A stretch of DNA of 63,741 nt from Candidatus Udaeobacter sp. (lineage in GTDB: Bacteria > Verrucomicrobiota > Verrucomicrobiia > Chthoniobacterales > UBA10450), in assembly GCA_035694525.1 (NCBI GenBank), contig DASSFL010000138.1, forward strand, positions 1 to 63,741. The letters run 5' to 3'. The notes under the pieces are model-generated. The model saw only the letters and a program-made list of their open reading frames with translations, searched no databases and had not been told where the DNA came from. Positions 38,580 to 48,082 of this stretch are shown here, in pieces. A program made the position numbers and the translations under genes. How positions within the stretch are numbered: the first letter of the stretch is position 1; every line of letters begins with the position of its first letter.

Positions 38580-39493
38580 GCCGGCACCTCGAACTGGCTC
38601 ATCAGCTTGAAGGTCTCGTAACGCTTTGCAATTTCTTCCGTTGAGAGTGTACGCAGACGCTCGAGGCTAAATGCTTCCACGCAAAAACTGGCCAGCACGC
38701 TGCCGTAAATCATCGCTTTCCGTAAATCATTAAACTGCACTTTTTTCACGGTGCCCGCGAGATAGCCCGCCATTCCGCCGGCAAATGTGTCCCCTGCCCC
38801 GGTTGGATCATGAATGTCTTCGAGCGGATACGCGCCGCAGTTGAAAAATTGGTCGCCTTCACCGAAAAGCAATGCGCCGTGCTCGCCTTTTTTTATCGCG
38901 ACGTAATCTGGACCCATTTTTCGAATGCTACGCCCCGCCTTGATGAGACTTGTCTCCCTGGTGATTTCGCGCGCTTCGCTGTCGTTTAAGATGAGGAGAT
39001 TCACGCGCCGAAGGAGCGCATCGAGGTCTGGCCGTGCTGTCTCGATCCAGAGATCCATCGTATCGGCCACAACGAAACGCGGCCGCTTCATCTGGTCGAG
39101 CACATGCGCTTGCAGCGAGGGCGCGATGTTGGCGAGCAAAACGAAATCGGTTTCACGATACGACTCTGGCAACACCGGTTTGAAATCTTCGAACACATTC
39201 AGTGCAATTGAGCGTGTCTCGCGCGTATTCAAGTCCCACGAGTATTCACCGGACCAGCGGAATGTTTTTCCATTCGCACGCTGCACGCCTTCGCTGTCGA
39301 TCTTGCGCGATTTCCAAAACTCAAATTCGGATTTCGGAAAATCCTTGCCTACGATTCCGACCAATCGAACCGGTGAAAAGAAACTTGCGCCTAGCGCAGC
39401 GTAGGAAGCCGATCCGCCTAACAAATCCGAATGTTCCTCTACCGGGGTCTTAACTGTGTCAATTGCAATCGAGCCAACAACGAGAACGGACAT
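38576..39493 (-). CDS. PfkB-family carbohydrate/nucleoside kinase
   Basis: 305 aa. Motifs GGSASYAA and DPTGAGDTFAGG. Confidence 0.85.
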   Translation of the reverse strand: MSVLVVGSIAIDTVKTPVEEHSDLLGGSASYAALGASFFSPVRLVGIVGKDFPKSEFEFWKSRKIDSEGVQRANGKTFRWSGEYSWDLNTRETRSIALNVFEDFKPVLPESYRETDFVLLANIAPSLQAHVLDQMKRPRFVVADTMDLWIETARPDLDALLRRVNLLILNDSEAREITRETSLIKAGRSIRKMGPDYVAIKKGEHGALLFGEGDQFFNCGAYPLEDIHDPTGAGDTFAGGMAGYLAGTVKKVQFNDLRKAMIYGSVLASFCVEAFSLERLRTLSTEEIAKRYETFKLMSQFEVPA

Positions 39494-39500
39494 GGTCAGA

Positions 39501-39534
39501 GTTAAATAGTTAAAAGGGTTATAAAGGTTAAAAA
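39501..39534. repeat. four phased GTTAAA (minus strand TTTAAC) repeats directly upstream of the pfkB-like start
   Basis: GTTAAAta GTTAAAagg GTTATAAAg GTTAAAAA with 8-9 nt spacing. It ends 8 nt from the ATG at 39493, and no Shine-Dalgarno sequence is visible. Confidence 0.5.
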
Positions 39535-39560
39535 GCCGTCGTCAGTAATTAGTGATCCTG

Positions 39561-40187
39561 CTAGGCAAGCATATCGGTGGCGCAGCGCGCGTAATCAACA
39601 ATGCTGTGCGCCTTGAGCAAGGCCGAAACCATGACAACGCGCTTCGCCCCGGCATCGATCACCTGCTGAAGATTGTCGATGTTGATTCCGCCTATGCAGA
39701 AGATCGGGATGCTCGCATGCAGATGAACTCGCCTGATATTGCCTAATCCGATTGGTTTGTAATCAGGTTTGGTTGGCGTGGCGAAAATTGGACCAAACCC
39801 GATGTAATCAGCACCCTCGCCCCACGCTTCGTGCGCCTGGGACAGACTGTGTGTCGATTTACCAACGATCAAATCTCTTCCGGCTTTTTCGCGCGCAACA
39901 AGAATTGAATCGTCGTCCTGGCCAACGTGCACGCCTTCCACTGGAACCCGCGCCGCGATCTCGGCATGATCGTTCACAATCAGCGGCGTGCCCGATCGAA
40001 CAGTGATTTCATGGATCTCAGACGCGAGTTGGATCAGCTCGTCGATCGATTTTTCTTTTCCGCGAAGTTGAATGAGATCCACGCCACCCGTCACCATTTG
40101 TTCAGCCACACGGTTGCAATCCCGCAGTCGCGGGGTGTAACCGAGATCAATGATTCCGTAAAGGCGACATTCGGATAGCGCTCTCAT
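39561..40187 (-). CDS. thiE: thiamine-phosphate synthase
   Basis: 208 aa. Motifs ...IQLRGKE..., HVGQDD and GFGPIFATPTK. Confidence 0.9.
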   Translation of the reverse strand: MRALSECRLYGIIDLGYTPRLRDCNRVAEQMVTGGVDLIQLRGKEKSIDELIQLASEIHEITVRSGTPLIVNDHAEIAARVPVEGVHVGQDDDSILVAREKAGRDLIVGKSTHSLSQAHEAWGEGADYIGFGPIFATPTKPDYKPIGLGNIRRVHLHASIPIFCIGGINIDNLQQVIDAGAKRVVMVSALLKAHSIVDYARCATDMLA

Positions 40188-40564
40188 CGTCGCAGCGCAA
40201 CTTTGTAAGTGCGCTTTCCGGTCCTCGCAAATTACAAACCCCGGCTGCTCGCGACTGGATGCAGTCCTACCTCGGCGCTGTAGTGGGAGGTTCTCCCGCA
40301 GAATATCGAATCGAATCGTCGCTAGTGGAAATCACTTCGCCGCTGAACGGTGGCGCCGGTTTTGCCGGAAAGAGCGGTCGCAAGACTGCAAATGTTTGCG
40401 ATACAAACGCAATGGAGACGAGGACGAACACTACTGCACACTTCATGTCCGCCGCTCTTAGCAAGATCAAGCAGCATGGCAAGTAAATGTTTTCGCGATC
40501 ACGGTAATTAAGGACAAGTAATGCGACTCATGATTCGCTAAAACGTGACATCCTTCGAAAGAGC

Positions 40565-40595
40565 TTTTTAACTTTGTAACTTTTAACAATTCAAC
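40565..40595. repeat. four phased T-rich...AAC repeats upstream of gspF
   Basis: TTTTTAAC tTTGTAAC TTTTAAC aaTTCAAC with 7-8 nt spacing, about 58 nt upstream of the ATG at 40653. Same motif as the minus strand of 39501-39534. Confidence 0.45.
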
Positions 40596-40652
40596 CTCGC
40601 GAAGCCAGATTCTAGTTTGCGATCTTCAGTTTGCGATTAATTTTCCCCGCCG

Positions 40653-41897
40653 ATGCCACAGTTTGCATATCGTGCCCGCGACGCGCAGGGCAGCCTGGTT
40701 GAGGGCGTACTCGATTGCGCAGATCGAGCAGTCGCCATCCGACAAATTGAACTGCAAAAATGTATTCCCGTCCGGATCGAGATGGTGGGACCCGAGCCCA
40801 AAACGGCACAACGCGATGGCGCCGCGCCACAGTCTCCCACGCGGAATCTGAAAATTCCGTACGGTCAGTTGCTCGTTTTCACCGAGCAGCTCGCCCATTT
40901 GCTCCAAGCGGGCATGACGCTCGACGAAGGACTGTCGGTTCTGGAAAAACGTTTGAAGCAGCCGCGCGTCCAGCAAATGACGCACAGCCTGCATCAAGCT
41001 CTCGTCGATGGCCGCAGTTTCTCGCAGGCCTTAAGTGAGCTCCCGCGGATTTTCCCGCCGCTGTATGTAAACCTGGTGGCTGCTGGCGAGGCGAGCGGAG
41101 CGCTGCCGCAAATTCTGCTCCGGGTGGTCAAACATTTGATGCAGGCCAAGGAGCTGCGAGACCGCGTGCAGGCGGCACTGATTTATCCGGCATTTCTCGC
41201 GCTGGCTGGCGCCGTTCTTATTACGATTTTTATCACGTTCATGGTGCCACAGTTAACCGGATTCATGGCGCAAACCGGCGGCGCGCTTCCATTGCCCACG
41301 CGGATTCTGATGCATATTCATCATGCTATTACAGGGTACTGGTGGGTTGGTGTGCTGGCGGGGATTAGCGCAGTCGTCGGTTTCCGCGCGCTTGTTCGCA
41401 GCGATGAAGGACGCATCGGTTGGGATCGTTTCCGGTTGATGATTCCCGGATACGGGCGGGTCATTCGACATCGTTACTACGCGCAATTTTCGCGTACGCT
41501 GGGAACCTTGATCGAAAATGGGATACCTCTGCTCCGTGCGCTCGATCTGGTAACTGAAATTGCAGGGAACCGATTCCTCGAACAAAAACTGGGCGACGTG
41601 CGCAAGGCGGTCATCGATGGCGCGACGCTCTCCGCCGCTCTGCAATCGCAAAAACTGTTCCCTGATTTGTTCACGGACATGATGTCGGTGGGAGAACAAA
41701 CAGGACATTTCGCTGAAACCATGCAGGCCATTGCCGATGTTTATGAGCGCGAGTTGGACAAGACCGTCGGCTTGATCTCGCAGCTGATTCCGCCGGTTAT
41801 CATCGTCGTGATCGCCGTTCTGGTTGGTCTGGTTGTTTTCAGCATTCTGTCGGCCGTATTCGAGATGACACACAGCTTGCAAATCAGGCCGCATTGA
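40653..41897 (+). CDS. gspF: type II secretion system inner-membrane platform protein GspF (PilC family)
   Basis: 414 aa. N-terminus MPQFAYRARDAQGSLVEGV..., two GspF repeats and three TM segments. Confidence 0.9.
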   Translation: MPQFAYRARDAQGSLVEGVLDCADRAVAIRQIELQKCIPVRIEMVGPEPKTAQRDGAAPQSPTRNLKIPYGQLLVFTEQLAHLLQAGMTLDEGLSVLEKRLKQPRVQQMTHSLHQALVDGRSFSQALSELPRIFPPLYVNLVAAGEASGALPQILLRVVKHLMQAKELRDRVQAALIYPAFLALAGAVLITIFITFMVPQLTGFMAQTGGALPLPTRILMHIHHAITGYWWVGVLAGISAVVGFRALVRSDEGRIGWDRFRLMIPGYGRVIRHRYYAQFSRTLGTLIENGIPLLRALDLVTEIAGNRFLEQKLGDVRKAVIDGATLSAALQSQKLFPDLFTDMMSVGEQTGHFAETMQAIADVYERELDKTVGLISQLIPPVIIVVIAVLVGLVVFSILSAVFEMTHSLQIRPH

Positions 41898-41946
41898 AAC
41901 TGAAAGCTTGCAATCGAGCCTGTGCTCGAATAATCTCGCCCGCCTA

Positions 41947-43017
41947 ATGTTAGTTCGCGCTGTCTTTGCGATATTGTTCGCCACGATTTGCCGCGTCGGC
42001 GCACAGGAAGCGTTCACTGATGCTCTCCCGCCGGCAGCGGACGCGATAACGGCGGAGCGGCCAGTCCCCGAGAGCGCGTGGCTGGATCTGCGCCAAGGCG
42101 CGCCTCAAAATTCAAAAGCACAGAACGCTCCTTCCTGGGTTGAAGCGCTCACCCTCTTGCCGGCTGAGACGACAGAAGGTGCGCCCATGTCCAAAAGCGT
42201 CTTTCGCATTCGCGTCACGCAACCGAGCCCCGACTATCAGGTTCTTTTTTTTCGCCTGTTCTTCGATGACAAGGCAGATCAGCAGCCCGAGGTAATCGCC
42301 TGGGACGAGTCTGGCACACACGTTTTGCGCTCTGGCACTCTTGGGGCGGGAATGAATCTGCCGAGCTCGGATTCAGTCCTCATTCCCATGACCGGCGCGT
42401 CTTCCATCGATATTGAAGTGCCCGGCGACGGCAAAACAGTGCGAGCAGCCTATCTGGATTGGATGACCAGCAGTGAAGTCGTGCATCCTGTGAACGCGGA
42501 ACATCGCGATGTGATTCCAGAACCCTTCTCATCGGTGCCAACACTGCGCGCGCCGCCTGACGACTTTGAGAATTTTGGGACAGTTACGGCAACCCTGTCG
42601 TCAGAGACAATCCGTATTAACGGACAAACTCAAGAGAGCGCCGCATTTCAATTTCCGATCGAAGCACAACCGCTGACAGCTTTGTTGACCTTTGAAATCG
42701 CCAATCCGCGCGTTGACGCTCCACCGGAAGTCAACCTCAATGGCCAGAACATTGGGCCTGCTTCCCTGACGCTGCCCGACCTTGCTGATCCGGCGTTTAG
42801 GGGCGAAGTAGAACCGCTCTCTACGCAGATGCATTTCAACTACACCGGGTGGCTGCGCGCCCAGAAAGTTGTCCCGTCCGCGAGCTTAAAAGTAGGCGCG
42901 AACGATTTGGTGATTGTCAATGGCGCTGGCACCGGAGCTGCGGCAATTCGCGCCACGCAGATTCAGTTAAAATATATTTGGGACAAGGCAGATTATCTCT
43001 TGCGCACCGGGCACTAG
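41947..43017 (+). CDS. secreted protein of unknown function embedded between gspF and gspG
   Basis: 356 aa from the ATG at 41947. Signal peptide MLVRAVFAILFATICRVGAQEA. No recognisable domain. Confidence 0.7.
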   Translation: MLVRAVFAILFATICRVGAQEAFTDALPPAADAITAERPVPESAWLDLRQGAPQNSKAQNAPSWVEALTLLPAETTEGAPMSKSVFRIRVTQPSPDYQVLFFRLFFDDKADQQPEVIAWDESGTHVLRSGTLGAGMNLPSSDSVLIPMTGASSIDIEVPGDGKTVRAAYLDWMTSSEVVHPVNAEHRDVIPEPFSSVPTLRAPPDDFENFGTVTATLSSETIRINGQTQESAAFQFPIEAQPLTALLTFEIANPRVDAPPEVNLNGQNIGPASLTLPDLADPAFRGEVEPLSTQMHFNYTGWLRAQKVVPSASLKVGANDLVIVNGAGTGAAAIRATQIQLKYIWDKADYLLRTGH

Positions 43018-43083
43018 AAATTCTTGAAGAGCACGGTAGTGTATTCGCGCACGGAATGGGAGGGGGTAACTCCTTTTATCTAA

Positions 43084-43503
43084 ATGAGAATCAAAAGAAA
43101 ACAACAGGGCTTCACGCTGCTCGAGATCATGCTCGTAGTGAGCATTATTGTGATCATATTGGGAGTGGCGATTTCAAAACTGGGTAACACGACTGCCATC
43201 GCAAAAACCATGCGCGTTCAAGCGGACGTCCAGGCAATCAAAACACAACTGCAGCTGTATGAGAGCATGAACGGCTTTTATCCAACAACCGAGCAAGGCC
43301 TGCAGGCGATGGTGACCCAGCCGGACAAGGATCCGAGACCGGCACGATGGTATCAGTTATTCAAAGAGATGCCAAAAGATCCCTGGGGAAACGACTACAT
43401 TTATCGCTGCCCTGGTCTCAAAAACCCAAGCGGCTATGACCTGTACTCTGCCGGGCCGGATCGGCAGGCTGACACTGCAGACGACGATTGGGGCGGCAAT
43501 TGA
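43084..43503 (+). CDS. gspG: major pseudopilin GspG
   Basis: 139 aa. Prepilin motif QQGFTLLEIMLVV, conserved ...DPWGNDYIY... and ...YDLYSAGPD... blocks, and a strong GGAGGGGG SD upstream. Confidence 0.9.
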   Translation: MRIKRKQQGFTLLEIMLVVSIIVIILGVAISKLGNTTAIAKTMRVQADVQAIKTQLQLYESMNGFYPTTEQGLQAMVTQPDKDPRPARWYQLFKEMPKDPWGNDYIYRCPGLKNPSGYDLYSAGPDRQADTADDDWGGN

Positions 43504-43522
43504 CCGGCCCGAAGTTTCAATC

Positions 43523-44146
43523 CTAATTCTTGGCGCCGGGTGCCGTGCCAGGCGCCTTCGAGCCGCCTCTTGGGCTTCGTTGAATTAAACCTCGCGAATG
43601 GGGGTTTCGAAGCTCTCGTGTAGGTGGAACCAACTTTTGCATCTCGGGAGGCACGTTAGCGGGCAACCTTGGCGAGGGTACGTTAGGACTAGGCACGGGT
43701 GGCGCGAGCGTTCTTGCGGCTAGGGCAGCGTTTGGCGCGGACTGTTGCAGGAGCGCCTGGTTAAATGTGATTGTCGCAAAATTTCCGTCCTTGCTAATTG
43801 TCACCTTCGTCGCACCGACGCGCTCCGACCACTCAATATTGGCGATACTGTAGCCGTCCACAGATGCTTTGGTGGTAAGGTATTTCTTGAAATTGTGATC
43901 GGAAGTCGAAGCGATTGTTACCAAATCGCCATCGGGTGAACGGGCGGCGTTGGCCACGTAAAGATCTTTTGCAAAATCGGGCGTGGCCGCGGGCGCTGCC
44001 ACTGCCGTTGCGATCGCAAACGGCGAATTGTCCACCATCTTCGAGTAACGATCGTAGGTGAATCGCGGCGGAAGAACACTCTCCGCCTGTGCACAAACCA
44101 CTCCAAACAGTGCGGCGCCTGACATTAGCGTAAGTGAATATTTCAT
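43523..44146 (-). CDS. secreted protein, possible GspC/PilP-like secretin-coupling component (weak)
   Basis: 207 aa with a signal peptide, a small beta-rich core (...GDLVTIASTSD...SIANIEWSERVGATKVTISKDG...) and a Pro-rich tail. Last gene of the minus-strand T2SS operon. Confidence 0.45.
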   Translation of the reverse strand: MKYSLTLMSGAALFGVVCAQAESVLPPRFTYDRYSKMVDNSPFAIATAVAAPAATPDFAKDLYVANAARSPDGDLVTIASTSDHNFKKYLTTKASVDGYSIANIEWSERVGATKVTISKDGNFATITFNQALLQQSAPNAALAARTLAPPVPSPNVPSPRLPANVPPEMQKLVPPTRELRNPHSRGLIQRSPRGGSKAPGTAPGAKN

Positions 44147-44164
44147 AGATAGACTGGGGTATTA

Positions 44165-44716
44165 TTACTTCGTTCGTTGTGCTGGAGCAAACCAGCGGGC
44201 GATTTTAAATTTGCCGCGCATCATCGTAGGATCGCTGCCATCAATCGCCAGATTAACATTTTCAATCACAATGAAAGCGTCCGGTCGCTGCACATCATAA
44301 AGAAAATGAATGAGCGGCGCCCACGGACTCTTTGTTTCAATGGAAGCAAAAGCCGTCTGATGATATGGCGTTGTTTCCCCGGAACCGATCGCCGGGTTCT
44401 CGATCAAAACATTATATTTGCCCGCTATTTCCTTTAACTGATCGAGCAGTGCGGCGGCTTCTGCTGGATCCTTGAGAGTTGGTTGATGTTGGCGAATCCA
44501 TTCGTCGCGTTTTGTCCAGAGATCTCGTTCTTTCACGTAAAGAGCTTGTTCGGCTAACGTTGCCCTGCGCGCCGATATCTGCTTTTGTGCGCTTGCCAGC
44601 GCGCCGAAAACCCAGTCCAAAATGAAAAAATTGAGTAACGCAAACACTGTGCCGGCAGCTACCCATGCGAGCACACGCTCGCGCGGATTCATCCGCTGAT
44701 ACCATGCCGGCATCAT
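44165..44716 (-). CDS. GspM/PilO-like bitopic assembly protein
   Basis: 183 aa. A single TM helix near the N-terminus, a coiled coil, then an alpha/beta domain. Overlaps the upstream gene by 4 nt. Confidence 0.6.
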   Translation of the reverse strand: MMPAWYQRMNPRERVLAWVAAGTVFALLNFFILDWVFGALASAQKQISARRATLAEQALYVKERDLWTKRDEWIRQHQPTLKDPAEAAALLDQLKEIAGKYNVLIENPAIGSGETTPYHQTAFASIETKSPWAPLIHFLYDVQRPDAFIVIENVNLAIDGSDPTMMRGKFKIARWFAPAQRTK

Positions 44717-45975
44717 CGTGGCTTTCCCTCCAATCGGAATTGCGCATGGTCGTTCGGCAGAATGCGAGGCGCAGCCATGTCAAATTGAAAGACTCGCAAA
44801 TCCGGATTCTTCTTTATCTTTTCGATGAACTGATAAGCGAGACCAGTTGTGTTCGCCTCGCCATCGACGGCAATCTGACGCGCCGACTGGTTGTAGGTCG
44901 TAATTCGCACCTCGGGAGATGGCAGACTTTCGAAAAGGTGCAGCAGAATTTCGACCGGGTAATAACGCGCATCGATCGCTGGAGAAAGTGCCTTCCAGTT
45001 CGCTTCCGTCGCGCGGACGAACTGCGTCTCGGGAGCGTCGTGTGCAACGCGGGCGTCAAACCGCCCTATTTGAAATCGGAGCAAGCCCAGGTACGCAAAC
45101 AAGAGAAACAGAAGCGCAAGGTAAGCGCCACCGATCCACACCAGCCGCGTTCGCCATCCTGCCCGCCTGATCAATTGTGAGCGACGGCGGCGCCAGCTTT
45201 CTGGCAGCAAATTCAATTTAACTGAGGCGGGTGGCAGCTCGACCCCAACTATCTCAGTGGGGCCGGCGAGGATTCCCTCCACAGAGTCCCGCATCTGGTA
45301 GCAGCTTTCGTCCAACAAGACATTTGGAAAGGATGCATTAATACCTTGCAGCTCGGCACTCATTCGCAACTGTGGCAATTCAAGTTGCAGCTGGTCCCCA
45401 TTGCCATTTTCAAGCACGCGCGCAAGGCTCAGTTTGCCGTTTTCTGTCATGGCGTAAACCAGCGCCTCGCCTTCAGGATAAATAAGGACAGCATTTCCTT
45501 TTGGAGCGTATGTGCTGGCGCGCTGCGCTGCATAAACGGTGACCTGCCGCGGAATAAAACCGCGGTCGAGTAATGGAGCTGCAATCTCGGCAAGGTGTTC
45601 ATTTCTGATCGCCACAGCCGAGACCACACTTTCGTTTTCGTCTTGCTCGATCACTTCGAAGTCAGTGGTCACCTCCTCGGACGAGAACGGCAACACCTTC
45701 TCGATTTGGATCCGAATCATTTCCTCAAACTCCGCCGGATCGACGCTCGGCAGGCGAAATCGTTGGGCGAGCACGGCAGCAACAGGCAGACCGAGCACAA
45801 AATCATCGGTCGCTGAAAGCAATGGCACAGCTTCGCCCAGCGTCTGTAACTTGCGCACGTTCCACGAGCCGTTCTGGCCAGCACTGCCTGCAGCCGCCGC
45901 GCGCGGCGATGCGGCCGTGGATGAACGCAGAAAATTCCATCCATGGGCGGTGGGAATTATGAAAATGGATGGCAT
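44713..45975 (-). CDS. GspL-like protein (PilM-like cytoplasmic domain + TM + PilN-like periplasmic domain)
   Basis: 420 aa. TM helix LVWIGGAYLALLFLLFAYLGLL at about residue 290, followed by a PilN-like segment. Sits between gspK and the gspM-like gene. Confidence 0.65.
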   Translation of the reverse strand: MPSIFIIPTAHGWNFLRSSTAASPRAAAAGSAGQNGSWNVRKLQTLGEAVPLLSATDDFVLGLPVAAVLAQRFRLPSVDPAEFEEMIRIQIEKVLPFSSEEVTTDFEVIEQDENESVVSAVAIRNEHLAEIAAPLLDRGFIPRQVTVYAAQRASTYAPKGNAVLIYPEGEALVYAMTENGKLSLARVLENGNGDQLQLELPQLRMSAELQGINASFPNVLLDESCYQMRDSVEGILAGPTEIVGVELPPASVKLNLLPESWRRRRSQLIRRAGWRTRLVWIGGAYLALLFLLFAYLGLLRFQIGRFDARVAHDAPETQFVRATEANWKALSPAIDARYYPVEILLHLFESLPSPEVRITTYNQSARQIAVDGEANTTGLAYQFIEKIKKNPDLRVFQFDMAAPRILPNDHAQFRLEGKPR

Positions 45976-45988
45976 CCCTGTCTCGATA

Positions 45989-46966
45989 TCAAAGCTCCTT
46001 CCAACTGACGATTAAAGGGCGACCGCCTGCGCCGCCTAGCCTGGATACTACCATCTGAACAGTACGACTAACATCGCCCGATTTTCCTACACTCACAACG
46101 CGGAAAACCGGTAAATTAAATCCAAGCAAGCCTTGAGCTAGCACCGGCGGCTGATTTTGTGGCTGCAGGTTGAGCCCAAGTGCAGCCTGGATCTCTACCG
46201 GTAACTGGCCGCACGCCACTGCATTTAGCGCAGGCCCCGAAGCCGCTGCGCTGACTTGTAGATCATCGGCAGTTCCGTCGATTCCGTCCGGGCCACGCCG
46301 GAGTTGTAGAAACTGATCAACCTTATCGTCTCCCAACCCAAGAGCGCGCAAGACATCGCGCGACGCCCAGCCAAGGTCGATACAAGTACAATTAGTGACG
46401 ACACTAAAATCTTCGTCCCAACCCGGCTTGGAAGTGAATTCAGCCCACCCACAGACTTTTTTTAGGTCGTCCACCGAAGTCAGTGCCGCATGCGCTAGTC
46501 GATAATCATCAGTCTCCGGACACGCGTTTAGGTGGTGAATACCTTGCCCAGGCGACACCCAATCGAGCAAAGAGTCTACCATCGTGTCAATATTATTCAG
46601 CTCTACCCCTTTAAGGCTGAGATAGTGGCGCAAAATTTCCAGCTTCGTGGGATCCTCGCCTTGAGCAAGGAAGTTTAAATTCAATCGACCGCACTCGCCA
46701 ATCATCTTGACGTCGTAACCTTCATGCTTGCCCATTTGCGCGTGTAAGTTCGCAGAATCAGGCTTGATCAGCGGATGCAACGCCACGTCAGCGCCGGACG
46801 ACGCCATGGCTTCGGCGTCCAAAACGCGGCTTGCGTTGCCCGAAACCGCAATGCGCGAATTAATATCCAGCGCCCACGAAATGACCATTGCGCTGAGTAA
46901 GAACAAAGCCCAAAGCGCAAGCATTAGCGCCGCGCCACCGCGCAATTTCGAGTTTGGAGCCTTCAT
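45989..46966 (-). CDS. gspK: minor pseudopilin GspK
   Basis: 325 aa from the ATG at 46966. Hydrophobic N-terminus GGAALMLALWALFLLSAMVI without Glu5, and a large GspK-like body. Confidence 0.75.
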   Translation of the reverse strand: MKAPNSKLRGGAALMLALWALFLLSAMVISWALDINSRIAVSGNASRVLDAEAMASSGADVALHPLIKPDSANLHAQMGKHEGYDVKMIGECGRLNLNFLAQGEDPTKLEILRHYLSLKGVELNNIDTMVDSLLDWVSPGQGIHHLNACPETDDYRLAHAALTSVDDLKKVCGWAEFTSKPGWDEDFSVVTNCTCIDLGWASRDVLRALGLGDDKVDQFLQLRRGPDGIDGTADDLQVSAAASGPALNAVACGQLPVEIQAALGLNLQPQNQPPVLAQGLLGFNLPVFRVVSVGKSGDVSRTVQMVVSRLGGAGGRPLIVSWKEL

Positions 46967-46968
46967 TC

Positions 46969-47628
46969 TCAATACGGCGTCCGCTTCAACGGAATAATCG
47001 CTTCCCAAGGCACTGGTGAATCACTGCGCCCCACGGTCACCTTCACCAGCCATGGCATCTGGGACGTGTTTGACCATCGATCGATCCAGGTGTTCAAGTT
47101 TGGACTGAAGTAACTGATCTGGAGACTGCTCACATTCTTAATCAATGGCACCCAAGTCTCGTGTCCTTCTCCCACGCCAGAATCATCCTTGGGTTTTCGC
47201 AAAAAACCGAGGTCGAGCCGGTCGCTCTTTTCGCTTTCCGGTTTTAGCCCGAGCGTCACTGTGAAGTCGCCCGGCGCGTAGCGAGTCAGAAGCCCCGGGC
47301 CGGCGCTGCAACTCCACCGTACCCAATCACGCTCGCGATCATTAACCTTAAGCGGTTCACCATACATTTTCGATCTAATGGGACCGGCGCTTTGCCATTC
47401 CGTCGTAAGAAGATCGCGCAGTCCGTCGTACTGCGAATCTCTGGCGGCAATATCCGATGAGAGGCGCAGCGCCGTCATGTTCGCTTGCACAAAACGAAAA
47501 ATCGCCAGCGACATTAGCCCGAGGATTCCCACCGCGAGCATGATTTCGAGCAACGTGAAACCGCGACCGCGCTGATTCGCCCATTCCCCGATTGGCCGAT
47601 TCCGTTCTCTACCCTGGACGGTAAACAT
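46969..47628 (-). CDS. gspJ: minor pseudopilin GspJ
   Basis: 219 aa. Prepilin motif GRGFTLLEIMLAVGILG. Confidence 0.75.
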   Translation of the reverse strand: MFTVQGRERNRPIGEWANQRGRGFTLLEIMLAVGILGLMSLAIFRFVQANMTALRLSSDIAARDSQYDGLRDLLTTEWQSAGPIRSKMYGEPLKVNDRERDWVRWSCSAGPGLLTRYAPGDFTVTLGLKPESEKSDRLDLGFLRKPKDDSGVGEGHETWVPLIKNVSSLQISYFSPNLNTWIDRWSNTSQMPWLVKVTVGRSDSPVPWEAIIPLKRTPY

Positions 47629-48082
47629 AAAACTGAACCTGTTTTGACTGGAGAATACCGCCCTGGTGCCACTGAGCCGTCAATGTGACGAGGTAGATTC
47701 CGTCGAGAAGCGTATTATCCGGTTCTGTCAGTTCCGCTGCCGTTGCTTTTTGGACAACCTTTATACCTCCGTAATTGGTGTCGACCTTGAATTCCTTGGA
47801 ATCATCAGGAACACCTTTTGTCGCCTGAATTTCTGCCATGCGATTCGACAAAATCTGTCGCACCACGCCTTCTTCGGCGTTGATTGTACTCGCATTGAGG
47901 CAATTCTCGACCGCGTGTCCAAGTGCGATGACACCGAGCGCGAAAATCGTGATGCCAAGAAGAACCTCGTACAGGGCAAAAGCGTTGAGGCGTTGAAGTG
48001 TTGGACCGTTGAAGCGGTTAGGCTTCGCCCGCTTTAACGGTGTAACGCTCAAAAGCTTTAACGAAACATCATCGAACCACAT
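47609..48082 (-). CDS. gspI: minor pseudopilin GspI
   Basis: 157 aa. Degenerate prepilin motif NAFALYEVLLGITIFALG after an extended leader. Overlaps both neighbours. Confidence 0.7.
   Translation of the reverse strand: MWFDDVSLKLLSVTPLKRAKPNRFNGPTLQRLNAFALYEVLLGITIFALGVIALGHAVENCLNASTINAEEGVVRQILSNRMAEIQATKGVPDDSKEFKVDTNYGGIKVVQKATAAELTEPDNTLLDGIYLVTLTAQWHQGGILQSKQVQFYVYRPG

Noticed and set aside
40188-40260. A TPP riboswitch upstream of thiE.
   Set aside because: I could not find the conserved CTGAGA...ACCTGATCTGGATAATGCCAGCG-type core. The leader is also too short.
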